From: Azolla caroliniana
Taxonomy: Eukaryota > Plantae > Polypodiophyta
DNA: 64,000 nt
Reading direction: 5' to 3'
Assembly (NCBI GenBank): GCA_043228905.1
Contig: JBHGNT010000006.1
Span: 20,832,001 to 20,896,000, forward strand
The notes below the pieces were generated by a model that did not search any database, had not been told where the DNA came from, and was given only the letters and a program-made list of their open reading frames with translations. Below, piece after piece: positions 28,131 to 41,219 of this stretch. A program made the translations under genes and the position numbers. Numbering within the stretch: position 1 is the first letter of the stretch; every line of letters starts with the position of its first letter.

Positions 28131-29143
28131 GTTTCTATTGAATGATTTAAAATGGTTAGTTGTCATTGGTGGCCAACCATGTTTATTTGCTTGCTTGTTT
28201 GATGGTGGTAGAAACAATTCCGCTAGAGAGAAAACATACATCTTTGTCCAGGTTGTTCTTAAATATGTAAATTTGTTTTTTTATTACTGATCATGAATCC
28301 TCATAGTTGTGGATCTATTTATTCATGATTATTTACCATAAATGTTCATAGTTTTGGATATGCACACATATGGTTGATGTATTGATAGTATACGATGGTT
28401 CTCATATGGTCTTGTAGTAACACTAAAGTTGAGAAATTGAAGCATTATTTTTCCAAGGATGCCTTAGATATGATATATCATCTATAGAAACCATATAAGA
28501 GTTATATGAGGCCCATTGGTGTAGGTACATACTTGTGTCCCACGTTATGAACATTAATAACTTGACTTATTCTCAAATAGGTTCTGAATTTTACAGCAGG
28601 AAATTTGAAACCCCCAAAAATTTAGAAAAGAATATATTTTGGATAAAATTTAGAATTTTTTTTGAATGTAAGTCATTGATATTTGAAATACATAAGCTAA
28701 GATTGGATTGTTTTGTCATAAAGAAAGTATAAGAGCTTTGTTTGGACCCAATTATATAGAAGTCCTATATCAATGATCCTTAATAACTATTCTTGTATTT
28801 TTTATGATGATTCTGTTTATGAGTTACTGATTTTGATAGAAATGCAACTTTTGTTTTTCCTCATGCCTTACATGAACTACTCAGAAGGAAACAAGTAACC
28901 AAGAGAGCAACAAGCACCATCCTCCCTAAAAGGTCATATTATTGAGATTTAGAAAGAAAGTATGAAACAAACCAAGGATGTGGAGAGGGCGTAGAGTGAT
29001 GTCATGGCTATAATACATGTCCAACATTGAAGATAGAAACTACATGAAATTTATAACCTAAAATAAGCTTCTTTGGATTTTCTATTTATATAGTTGGTCT
29101 TTATGAAGATAACCTTTATTGTAATAAGTATTTTAAGTAGACA

Positions 29144-31690
29144 TTGGGGCAACGGGGCCCATCAATGCCATTATGCAAGTCTGTCCGGCAGGGGTGCCCA
29201 TTGGCCTCCTATCTTTATTTATTTATTTCAGAGGCATTCTCTTTCTTTCTAAATAGATCGGATACAGGAATTCGGGGTTTGGTTGTCCCACATGCTTGCA
29301 AGGACTTGTTGGACTCTATGTATGCAGATGACACTATGCTTTATTTGCAAGGCAATGATGCTAATTTACAGCAGGCTGAAAAACGGATTGAGTTGTTTTG
29401 TGAAGCATCAGGGGGGAAAATTAATTGGAACAAAAGTAGAGGGTTTTGGGTAAGTCCAAACTCCAAGCCGCATTGGCAACCTAATGATGATTTTCAATGG
29501 GTTCCTAATGGAAGGGCTGTTAAGTATTTGGGCTTTTTGGTGGGAGTAGAGATTTAGAAAAATCAGCAGCTTGAGCAAGTGAAAGACAAAATTAGAAAAA
29601 AGCTTTGGTTATGGACATCAGTAAAGCTTTCCCTTGCAGGTAGAGTGGTTGTGGTAAACCACATTTTGTTGGCCACCATGTGGCACTCGTTGGCATGTTG
29701 GATGTTAGATAAAGATTGCATCAAAAATATCAAGGCAATGGTGAGAGGGTTCCTTTGGTCGGGTAGAGACCATGAGACAACGTCAACTAAAGTGGCCTGG
29801 AGTTGTTTGATCAAGGAAAAAAGTCAAGGTGGACTTGGCTGGTGGATCCGGTTCACCAAAGTAAGGCTTTACTTGGTAAGCTCTTGGTGCGAAGTCTCCA
29901 ACCTGGACCAGAATTGTGGAAATTGCTTCTTAGAGACAGAGCTAAACTCTGGTGTCCGAGGAATGGCGGCCCTTGGACGACAAAGACGTGGTGGTTGTTT
30001 AGTTCAGGCCTAACGTTAAAAGAACCTACTAGCATGGAGGATAGGGTGGCCCGCTCCATAATGAGGGCATGGTCAAGTTTAAGAGAGGGGCTTGTCTTAA
30101 TGCAGCCAAAAACAATGGAGGAACAACTCCGTCAACCTCTATTTTGGAACCCCAGGATTCGAAGTGATGACGGTATGATGCTTGGTTAGAAAAAACACTT
30201 GCCATGGGGAAAAATGGTCGAGTACAATGTTAGTTCAGTAAGAGACTGGGAGGAGTTCAAAAGGAGAAGAAGGGAGGGACTGGTTGCTAGCCCTAGATTT
30301 ACTGGCAGGCTGGAAAAGATTACCCATTTGATAGATAAGGCTGTTGATGGTCTAGCTAGACTGAATGAAGAAGAGGGGGTCTGGTTTGGGTGGTTTGTGG
30401 GTGAGGACGATGCACAAATTATCCGAGGCAGGTGCCCATCTAATGAGTATCGATGGTGGGGCAACCTAAGTGCTTTGGCAGACAATGGCCAGTGGTTGGC
30501 AGTACAAGTGGCAATGCTGGAAGGTAAGAAATGGCAAGTAAACCCGGACCCAGGGAAGCTGCAATCTGATTGTAAGCTTTGGATAGTTGACAACAAGCCC
30601 GTATGTGATATGGATTGGGATCCACTAGAGGTGTGGTGGCAGAAACCGGGAACGGACAAACTTGAACGGTTTTTCGAGTACACTACCAAGCTAGGAAGGC
30701 AAATCATTGGATCTAAATCGATGGGTGTTGCCCTAACTTGCAATAGCTGGAAGGATAAAGGCATTTCTGATGGCTGGTTGAAGTCGTTTTGGAGGAGGCT
30801 ATGGGCATTCGATATGCCAGAAAAAATAAAGCTTTGGTTGTGGCTTCTTAGTCACAAAGTTGTACCAGTGGGGGAGTGGCTTAGGTGTCGTGGTGGTGAG
30901 GCTGGATGCAAAATTTGTGGTCACCCTTTGGAATCAATTCCTCATTGTTTTTGGAATTGTAACGAGGCTATTAACATTTGGGGTAGAAGTCTCCAGATAG
31001 TGGCAGCATGCGGCGTGAATGGGAGAGTTGTATGGGGGTCCGTACAGGGGCTGAAGTTAACAGGGGAAGGTTGGGCTGAACAGTTAAACCCTCACGGACA
31101 TGGATTTATAGTGCAGGGTGGCAAGGTGTTTCAACGGGCTGGAGTTCGACCTGGCACTAACTCATAACTTTTTGAAGAGATATGGAGGATGGTGGCTTGT
31201 TTATCGGTCTGGCACATTTGGACCAACCGTTGTAAGTTTGTTTTTCAACAACAAAAGATCCCTAGTGGTGAGGTATTAATAAATATCTGGTTTGAGTTGG
31301 TCTCTTGGCTGTGGGGACGATACAACTCGATTAAGGGGGAATCTGATGCAGCTGAAAGATCTCGATCAAAGTTCTTGCTGAAATGGGGTAATTCTCCTAT
31401 GGTCGGCAGATCATCATCAGGGCCTCAATGGCACTACCAAGCACCCCGATGGCTGTTTCCCCCAATAGTTTCCAACAGTGTCTAGGTGCTATAAATTTGT
31501 ATAGTTATGGTACAAATAACTAGGTTATTGGAGTTGTTTGGATACATTTGTTGAAAATGAGGTGGGGACTATGTCCGCTTTGGTGAGAGGGCCAGAGTGA
31601 GGGCCGTTGAGAGGAATTTTGAGAGTTCTATGATGTAATTTTGTTTGCTAACTAATGCGAAGCGGTATTTTTTTGGGAAAAAAAAAACAA
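29144..31690 (+). mobile_element. 5'-truncated L1/Tx1-type LINE (RT plus zf-RVT), degraded
   Basis: SVRQGCPL, MYADDT, KYLG, LSLAGRVVVVN, KIKLWLW...CKICGHPLESIPHCFWNC; A-rich tail at 31678-31693. No TSD found. Confidence 0.92.
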
Positions 31691-34538
31691 AATGATTATC
31701 TCATTTTTATAGTGTGATGTCTTACATTTCAAATGGAAATATAACATATGTTGTCATTTGTTTGATCAATGTATTTGGGAAAAAATAATGTAGTGGCTTC
31801 TTATGAGTTTATCCATTAAACCAAACATAATGATAATTTGTTAGTAATTTCATTATTGATATGCATTTGGATTGTCCCATGTGTGCTCTTTGAGATATGC
31901 ATGTCAAGTTCAAGATTGGTTTTTTTGTAAATTACATTATTTTTTATCACTTCATATTCTTCATATGTTTAAATAAACTATTGACATGAACTTATATGTG
32001 GCTTATATATGATATACCTCTAATGTTTTTGGGTAATGTTTTTGAATTGTTTGTGCATTACTATATACTTTACACATTTTGTTTTCAATTTATGTGGTAC
32101 TTGATGAAGCATTTCTACAAAATTGCATATGTTGTTTAATGTTCTTTTACAAATTTGTGAGTCATCAACTATAAAGAGGGTCATAGATCCATTCTAGGTT
32201 TCTTGGATTAGAAACTATGTGTGCATGTATATTTTCTATGTAAGGGCATTAAAAATAGGTGGTTATCAAAAAATATATTGGTAATAGGGGGTATTTTTAT
32301 TAATCTTTTTTTTACAAAAGGGCCTCTAAAATAGTAAAAAACATATATATAAGGGGTTTATAAATGATGTCATGAACGCACGTGATACAACCTTCTTATA
32401 TATAGTGGAGTCCCCGAGCTACAAGGTGATCTTGAGGAACAAGTGTACATGATACAGCCCCCCGGATTTCTATCCAAACGAAACACCTCGGCGGTTTGCC
32501 GACTGAAGAAGTCATTGTACGGACTTAAGCAAGCCCCGCGAGCCTAGAACGTGAAGATTACGCAACAGCTGCGTAGGATGGGCTTTACAACGTCGAAATT
32601 AGACTCTTCGGTATTTGTTCGGAAAGGTCAACACGGACCGATTAGTCTCCTATTATATGTTGATAATTTAGTCATTGCCGGTGCTGACCTGGACAAAATC
32701 CACAGCGTGAAGTCTCAGCTTGCGGCATCGTTTGAAATGAAGGATCTCGGAGACCTTCATTACTTCCTCGGGATCGAAGTGATCCGTACCCCCGAAGGCA
32801 TATTGATCAGCCATCGTCATTACGCGTTGTCTTCAAGTTCAGGATGGCAAACAATAAGCCCATCTCGACCCCTCTGGATAGAAACGTGAAGCTTCGCCTA
32901 GATTCAGGCAAGGTGTGCGACCCAACACGGTTCTGACAAATTGTTGGGAGCCTTATCTATTTGACGATTCCTTGGCCGGATCTTAGTTATCTAATCGGCC
33001 TAATCAGTCAATTCATGTCGCAACCTACGGATATTGCGTTATGTCAGTGGCACGAAAGACATGGCGTTGCTATATCGAGCAAGCGTAGCCTTACAGTTAG
33101 TCGGCTACACGGATGCCGATTGGGTTGGAAACGCCAATGATCGTCGATTCACATCCGGATACACCTTCTCGTTAGGAAGTGCGGCGATCACGTGGAGCAG
33201 CAAGAAGCAGCCGACAGTAGCACTGTCAAGCACGGAGGCCGAATATCGAGGGGCAACTATCGCTACATGCGAAGTAATTTAGTTGAAACGGCTATTACGG
33301 GATCTGCAGGTAGAGATGTCTAATCCGACGACGATTCATTGTGACAACCTTAATAGTATCCACCTTGCAAAAAACCCCGTTTTCTACGCCCGGACCAAGC
33401 ACATTTAGGTGCCTTACCATTTTGTCCGCGAGCGGGTCCTTTCAGGAGAAGTTGAATTGGTGCATGTTTCAACTAATCGGCAGCTTGCCGACATCTTCAC
33501 AAAACCTCTTGGTCTCGACAAGTTACGACATTTCTCGGGTGCGCTTGGGTTGCGTCACCTCAACACGCCGAACTTGAGGTGGAGAGAGGAAGATCAGGGA
33601 CCAGAGCATGAAAGGAGTGGAGATAAGCATCACGGCGGAAGTGACTGAGATGCGGAGTCGAATGCAGAATTTGACTTCGAACCGGCTAAAGAAACCGAAG
33701 ACGGAAGCAAGGACTGTAAGCATAAGAAGAAGCCGAGGACAACCGAATCAGGGGGAGATAAGGCCAAGCCGAAGACGTGGTCAGAAGTTGTCAAAGGCCT
33801 AAAGACAGGAGACGAATTGGAGACAGCCAATTCGGATGAGAGCGGCATGGAATCGGAAGCATTCGATTCAATCAGAACATTCGATTCTGATACGTCGGAT
33901 CAACTTAAGGCCATGCAGAGAAAACGGCAGCGAAGGACATGCCGACACCACGACAGCAAGGGAGCTGAGATGGGCCGAACAAGCAGACAAGCCGACCGGA
34001 AGGGTCGAAGCGCGTAGAATTGAACAAGTCGAGGAGCACGAGCGAGTCATGAAGCCAGAAGGAACCGGAGCATAGATTTGAAAGAACAGACGGAACCTCA
34101 AGTTGAGCTTGAGGGGGACTGTTGAGAAACAAGCTCAACATTCGGTGCGTAATCGGGTGTGTAACCCAGTGCGTAAACTGGCTGCGTAAAAACCGTGCGC
34201 ACAATAGGCCGTAGCGGTGCGTAAACCGCGAGGCCATTAGAAAGATATTCCTCGAAGGAATAATTTTGGGAGTGAGTGTAGCGGCTCATTTATGAGCATC
34301 AAGTACTGTCAGTACTTGTGTCAACCCAATTGTCAGGGTTTGTATATAAGGTGCTCACTGAGCACGAAGTATGTACAGATTGAGTATTATTTTGAATTTA
34401 GTTTCAGTGTCTACTCTCTGTCTTTGTCTCTCCCTCTCCCTCTCCATCTCTGCGTCTTCTGTGTTTTACCAAACTGTCTTATTCCTTCGAACTGTGTACT
34501 CTGTGTTTCGCATAAGCTTCCGCACAACGTTGTCGCAT

Positions 34539-36862
34539 TGTTACGCACGTGCGTGTAAAAAGGGGCGGGACCACAGGGGGTCTCGGATGAGGAAGCTCGA
34601 GAGACAAGAAAACCGACTCCGGACACGGCCCGGAGGCAACCGAATACGAGAGAGGGGGAGAGGAAAGAAAGCATGCGCGCACGTACCGACTCTTATGCAC
34701 AGACAATTACGAGTATGTATATTACAAGGGAAAGAATACAACCCCGGCTTCGAGCCGGACCAAGGTAGGGTAGGTCACAATAGTCGTCTGTTGCCAAGCC
34801 ACCGATCGGGGAGCTCTCGGGCTTGTTGCGCCGAGCGGGGCCTTGCACAGGAGACCGAGCAGAAGCAAACCCTACTGAACATACAAGATCTTTACCAAAC
34901 AAAACCCTAAACAGACGTGAAGGAGAAGAAGAAAGCTACCAAAGAGAAACCCTAAACAAAATAAGAGTATGAGAACCTACCTAACCTTAAACTATCGATA
35001 TACCCTCTAACACAAAATGGGCAACCCCTCTACAAGGGGCACTCCCCTCCTTTTATAGAACAAGGAGAGAGATGCGTAACAATGTGGGATAAATCCCGAC
35101 TTACATGGGATTCTCTGTCCCGACTTAACTCCTATTATTCACACGTTTTTATAAGGGTGAGCGCACATGGTGCACTCCGCTGATTCTTCCGATATTCCCC
35201 GGTTTCTCACTATCGCCCGGAATCTTCACGACATCCACCCCCACCAAACCGCACATCCACCGGTACGTGCCAAGTTCGGAGAAGGGTGAGAGATTCCAGT
35301 CGGCGAGGAACCGGTCCTCCGTGGCCTGCATCCCCGCTTGCCACGTCGACACTGCCGGTTTGAATAGTCGGCTCTAGTTCGTCCTTCGCGCTTGCCTCTC
35401 CATAGGCTCGTTCGACTCGTCAGTAGGTCGTCGACCATGATCCCGTAGCACGTGTGCCCCATTGTTGCCCCTCTTTTGGACCTTATGCACGCTTCTCGTT
35501 CCTTCACCAGGTGTCCCTGACAGCTTACCAGAAGATCACCCTTGCCGCGTCCTGGCCCGCATGGCCTCCTTCGTTCTCGTAATGCCTCGGCTAGTCGGTG
35601 CCTCTGCTGTTGCCGCCTTTGTCCCCTTGCCGCCACCTTCCATTACCCTCGGTCTCACGTTGCCACATTGGCCGAACAACTGAGGTCTCTGGGCAGGTGT
35701 GAAGAATCCTTCTCGGGCCTCCGTTTTGTTGGGTCATCGACTCGTGTACCAAGCGCGTCCGATCTTTGTCTTGCCGACCCTTCCGGTCGGGCCCGTATCC
35801 GGTTCGTGGCCGCCTCGCCGGCCTCATACCTCCTTTTGCTCTGCTTTCCGTCGTCCGATCACGTTCACCTGCCTCCACCGTCCCTTCCTATAGGACTCAT
35901 GCCGGCACTCGGGCCGACCGCCGGATCGGTGTGAGGATCTTCGTGGGACCTCCCCTTTTGCCTTCAGTTGCCCGCCTTGCCGCCGCCACCGTTCCTTACT
36001 CTAGGTCTCACGCTGGCTCTCGGGCCGACCGTCGGAGTGTCCCAAACCGGTGTGTGTAAGGTTGTGGCAGCACTGCTTGCCACTTTCCTTTCGTCGTAGT
36101 CCGGACCTCCGCGTCGGCCTCTTTGGTTGGTCACGTTCACCTGCCGCCACCGATCTCTCCTATAGGACTCACGTCGGCTCTCGGGCCGACCGTTGGATCG
36201 GTGTGAGGATCTCCACAAGACCTCCCCTTTTGCTGTCTTCGGTTGCCCGCCTTGCCGCCGCCACCATTCCTTACTCTAGATCTCACGCCGGCTCTCGGGC
36301 CGACCGCCGGAGTGTCTAGAAATGGTGTGTGTAAGGTCACAGCTGCACCGCTTGCCGTATCCCCAACCTCCATGTCGGCCTCTTCTGTTGGTCACCTTCA
36401 CTTGCCGCCACCGATCTCTCCTATAGGACTCATGCCGGCTCTCGGGCCAACCGCCAGATCGGTGTGAGGATCTCCGTAGACCGCCCATCCGCAGTCCTTT
36501 GCCTTCGTCCCCTCACCGCCACCGTTCGTCACTCTAGGTCTCACGTCGGCTCTCGGGCCGACCGCAGGAGTCTCTAGATCCGGTGTGAAGGATCCTCCTC
36601 GGGCTTGTTGTTTCTCTGACCCTTATCCCGGGTCTTCCTTCTTCGCAAGTCGAGAGGGTGGCTCGCACCACACCCTCTCCCATGGTACCGACATACCGCG
36701 TTCCCAAGCTCTCTCTCTTCTTACGGATCGGTTATCCAGAAATCCGTTCTGCCCCATTCTCGTCCAGGTCTGCCCGTCATTCTTTGGATTGTTGGGTCCC
36801 GTTCTCCTGTCGCCATCGATCTCTCCTATAGGACTCACGCCAGCACTCGGGCCGACAGCCGG
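34539..36862 (-). mobile_element. Ty3/gypsy family C: 3' LTR (34539-35233), PPT and long non-coding 3' region
   Basis: TGTTACG..CACGACA LTR followed by TCCACCCCCACC (minus-strand PPT) and the pre-PPT motif shared with families A and B. Confidence 0.75.
35850..36862. repeat. GC-rich higher-order tandem repeat (~265-bp dimers of ~130-bp subunits)
   Basis: CCTATAGGACTCA near 35887, 36159, 36420 and 36826 alternates with CTCTAG(G/A)TCTCACG near 36001, 36274 and 36531. Each is followed by CTCGGGCC(G/A)AC. Confidence 0.8.
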
Positions 36863-37534
36863 TGTCGCGAAAATATGACGAGGATACGTGAACGTTGAGG
36901 CAAGACCCCGGGGCCTTTGTCTAGAGGATATCAAATTCGTGTATTTATATACTAAGAATTAACCGAAATGAGAAAGATTAACAAATTTCATTAATAAAAG
37001 GGAAAGAAAGATTACAATCAATCCCAAGATTGGGATTACAAAAGTTTTATCTTATGGAGATGATTAGAATAATAGATTAGAGGAAATAAGAGATTATGAT
37101 TCTTGAGTGATATGGCTTTGACAAGGAATTTTGGATTTTGAGAGATTGCTTCCGTATGGAAATTATGGTTTACTTAAGAGATAGCTTCCGTAAGGAAGAT
37201 TAGGGTTATTGGCTTCGATAAGATAAGAGAGCTCTCCCCAACAAAAGAAAAAAAAATTAGATAATATAGAGAGTCCCTCCTAGTGTAGGAAAAAAAATGG
37301 AATAAATATGGAGTTCCCCCTTGATCATAGCCTTTCCACTTTTTGTTGCATGGCCTCTACTTTTAGTTGCCTAGCTTTTTCTTTTGGTTGCATGTGACTG
37401 TCCACATGACCTTTACTTTTTCCATGCACTCCCTTCTTTAGTTGCTTGCGTCCACATGGCCTTTACTTTAGTTCTCTTCACTTTACTTTAGTTTGTTGCA
37501 TGATCCAATCTTTCGTTCGTCCGCGTCCAACCTC

Positions 37535-37930
37535 GTCCGGTAGCCGGTTCCATTTTGCTTGCCGGCCGGTTCCAATTTGCTTGCCGGTTCTGGTTCTGGT
37601 TTTGCTTGCCGGCCTGTTCCAGTTTTGCCTGACGGCCGGTTCCGGTTTTGCTTGCCGGCCGGTTCCGGTTTTGCTTACCAGCCGGTTTTCGGTTTGCTTG
37701 CCAGTTCCGATTCCGGTTTTGCTTACCGGCCGGTTTGCATACCCGTTCCGGTTCCGGTTTTGCTTGCCGGCCGGTTCCGATTTTGCATACCGGCCGGTTT
37801 CCGGATTGCATACCGGCCAGTTTCCGGATTTGCTTACCAGCCCGTTTCCGAATTTGCTTACCGGACCCGTTTTCCGGATTTGCTTACTGGACCTGTTTTC
37901 CGGATTTGCTTACTGACCGGTTTCCGGTTT
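37535..37930. repeat. Tandem CCGG-rich ~20-27-bp repeats inside LTR B
   Basis: Repeated CCGGTTCCGGTTTTGCTTG / CCGGATTTGCTTAC units. Confidence 0.85.
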
Positions 37931-38797
37931 TAAGGAATTTGGCCACCATCATCCATCAAGACAAAGTGGCCAAAGTGCTCTTAGCACAAATGAAAAATGA
38001 GGGAGCTCAAGGTGTTTATATAGCCAGGGCCTTAACTTTCCTATCTATGTGGGATAGTTCTAATTTCCCTATCTAATCAAACTTTATTTTCTCATAACTT
38101 GGTATGTATTTCTCCATTTTGTATATAGTAAAATACATTTTGAAGCTCTTGAGTATATCCATCTTTCTATAGTAAGCTACTAATCTAATCTATAATAATT
38201 ATTTCATTATTTTTTTACATAGTGTGTGAAGATTCACACGACATTCGCCCCCACCAAACCTGCACATCCACCGGTATGTGCCAATTTTGGCGAGGATTCA
38301 TTTTTGTGTACTATACTTTTTCATCGATGCTTAAGATTGAATCGTCAAAAGCTTCGAATCCAATTTCTATTCTATCTCTTCTCTTGAAGATCTTGATTCT
38401 TTTACCGGCAATTGGCAAGGCAAGTGGTGTACCATCCAGTTCTACTAAATGATATGTTGCATTATCTTCCACTTTCTTCACCACATATGGCCCAAACCAT
38501 CGTTGTGAGAATTTTCGAGCCGTACTATGTTGGTTATCTAGGCTACTGTCATAGACTAGCACCCAATCTCCTTCAACGATTTTCCTCGGTCGAAGTTGAT
38601 GTCGTTTATCGAAGTCTTTCTTGTTCTTTAGCCTTGCATTCTTTAGCCGCGCTTTAGCCACCTCTACATCTTCCAAATTCCGCTCTAATTGTCGAATCAT
38701 CAATGCTAGAAGATCTTCTCTACTTATCTCATCTTGCCATGGCAATGCAAACCATGAAATAATACTTTGTTCTACCGGCATTATTGGCTTTTGTCCG

Positions 38798-38836
38798 TGA
38801 AAACGTAAGTGTTTGCGGAAGCGTAAAACAGGGAAC

Positions 38837-38887
<51 letters not shown>

Positions 38888-40558
38888 CGAGAGAGAGAGA
38901 GACAGGGAGAGCAAAACACAATTTCAAAATTATATTAAGACACTTTTTACACACTGTGCTAAGTAGCACTATTTATACAAGTCTTCTTAGGACTGACAGA
39001 AGTACCATGTACTTCAATGCTCACACGAGCATCTGACACTTACTACGAAACTATAGATACCTAGTAGTCTATCCTATTCTAGGCTTCCGATTAGACTGCC
39101 GGTTACGTATTGCACCCGGCCTCCACTGCTTGTCGGTTCGGTTGCTCACCGTCATACCGATCCGTTTCGCCCGATCCGTCTCGCTTACCAGCTCTGGCTT
39201 ATTCAGCCGATCCGGCTCCGGTTGAGCTTGTCGCTCAACACTCCCCCTCAAGCTCAACCTGAGGTGGGGTCGTAGTGTCGACCTCTGTGGCAGTCGGTTC
39301 TTTCAACCGACTCCTCCTGGCGTCACTCCGCCTTGCTCGCGCTCCTCGTCCGGTCCGGTCCCATTTGCCACGACCCCTTTGGTTCTGCGCGCCTCGACCC
39401 TCTCGGTCGGCATGTCTGCTCAATAGGCCCATCTCAGCACTCACGTTGCTGTGACTCCGGCGCTTGCCGATCCGTCGGTTCTCCCACGATGGCATCGACT
39501 TCCGCTGTGCCCGTGTCCCCTTGGCCTTCAGTCGATCCGACTCATCCGGATCCATCTGTTGATCCGAGTCAACTGTCTCCAACTCGTTCCAGCTCTTGTC
39601 CGAATCGGTACACTCCGATTCGACTTCCGGCTTCAGGCCTCTCACCACATCAGACCACTTCCGAGTCTTGGCCTTCTCCATGCTTCCCTCGGCTTCTTCA
39701 GCCGGTGAACCGAAATCGAATTCTTCATTCGACTCCGCCTCATGGTCAACACCGGTAGAGACTTTGCCCTTGCTTCTCCCCCTCAAGTGCGGCATGTCGA
39801 GATGCTGAATACCAAGCATGTCGGTAAAGTGCTGCAACTTGTCCGATCCGAGCGGTTTGGTGAAGATGTCGGCAACTTGCCGATCCGTATGAACATACCG
39901 TAGGTCAACTTCACCGCTCAGGACCCGCTCACGCACGAAGTGGTAGTGCACCTCCATGTGCTTTGTGCGAGCATGGAACACAAGGTTCCTGGCGAGCTGC
40001 AGGCTGCTCATGTTATCGCAGTAAATCGGGATCGGGGTCGGCACCTCGATCCGCAAGTCTCGTAGCAGTCGCCGAAGCCAGATGGCTTCACAAGTGGCAA
40101 CGGTAGTGGAGAACATGTATCCGGAAGTGGAGAACATGTATTCGGAAGTGGAGCGGCGATCAGACACATCGCCGGCCCAGTCAGCATCTGTGTAACCGAC
40201 AAGCTCTTCGGGTATACCTCGCCAGTATAGTAGACCCCGGTCTTTAGTGCCGCTGACATACCGTAATATTCGTTGCGCGCACTGAAGGTGCTCCACGGTC
40301 GGCTTCTACATGAACTAACTTACCATGCCGACCGGATAGCTGATGTCGGGTTGGGTGATGGTTAAGTAGATCAGGCTTCCGACAACCTGTCAGAACCGTT
40401 TCTCATTGTAGGCCGGTCCGGAGTTGGGACGGAGCTTCTGGTTCCGGTCCAGGGGTGTGGAGACAGGTCGGCAATCCGTCATGCCGAACTTATACAGCAT
40501 ATTCAACACGTAATGTCGTTGTGAGAGCAATATGCCGTCGGGGGTTCGGATCACTTCG
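38798..40558 (-). mobile_element. 3' part of a Ty1/copia element (same family as Y) inserted in the integrase of B
   Basis: LTR 38798-39240 homologous to 42958-43368; PPT; RNase H and extension ORF 39235-40296; RT end to 40558. Confidence 0.9.
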
Positions 40559-41219
40559 AACCCTAAACCGTATGAGGAGGACCCGGCTACGGAGAGCCAG
40601 ATGGTGCAGGCCCGGTATAAACCGGATGAGGAGTACTCGGCTACAGAGAGCCGGATGGTGCAGGCCCGGTATGAACCGGATGAGGAGTACTCGGCTACGG
40701 AGAGCCGGATGGTGCAGGCCCGGTGTGAACCGGATGAGGAGTACCCGGCTACGGAGAGCCGGATGACGTAGACCCGGTACGAAATATGTAAATAGCCCAT
40801 CGAGGCTACATTTGTAAATAGCCGAAAAGTCATATTAGTATAAATATGACTTAGGGCAAACTTTTAGTTGTGGGTTTTTTTTTTTTTTTTTGGTTGGTGC
40901 AAGAAGAAGGGAGAGCACGTAATAGTGTATAGAGAGAGAGAGAGAAAAAGAGGTCATTGCCTCTGTTGTAACCGCCGCGTGTGGCGAAGATCTGTGAGCA
41001 CGAGGTCGTTGCCTCAGTGAACTCACTGTTGTACATTCTCACATAGTGACAGTTTGCAGCCTGTGGGCTGCCGTGGTTTTTCCCTCTTTGGGTTTTCCAT
41101 GTAAACCTCCTGTGTATCTTCCTCTCCTTTGTGTTGTGTTTTATTTCCCGTTTTCTGTGTATCATTCTACGCTCGGTTGTGGCCGAGCGTCGCGCATAAG
41201 GAACGTCGGGTTCCCGTCA
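40559..41219 (+). mobile_element. Truncated family-E LTR adjoining the gag of B
   Basis: Reverse-complement homolog of 21262-21915, with the same ~54-bp repeats; ends ...TTCCCGTCA. Confidence 0.8.

Larger units (their letters stand above)
24349..32418. mobile_element. Non-autonomous DNA transposon with bipartite TIRs and 8-bp TSD, carrying gene fragments (Pack-type)
   Basis: Splits copia RT at KNAFLQG|[19 protein letters not shown] (24341-24348) versus CTACAAGG (32419-32426). Ends match as inverted repeats at positions 1-17 (12/17) and 31-49 (16/19). Confidence 0.8.
14692..34538 (+). mobile_element. Ty1/copia element X with two large nested insertions
   Basis: LTRs 14692-~15050 (3' end and PBS deleted) and 34120-34538 (interrupted). 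Gag from 15090 (EKLDRSNYASW), protease WYVDS, integrase 22591-23500, RT 24060-24348 plus 32419-33030, RNase H YTDADW/WSSKKQ, PPT at 34111-34119. Confidence 0.9.

Noticed and set aside
29100-31710. TSD for the LINE
   Set aside because: No convincing direct repeat found at the two ends.
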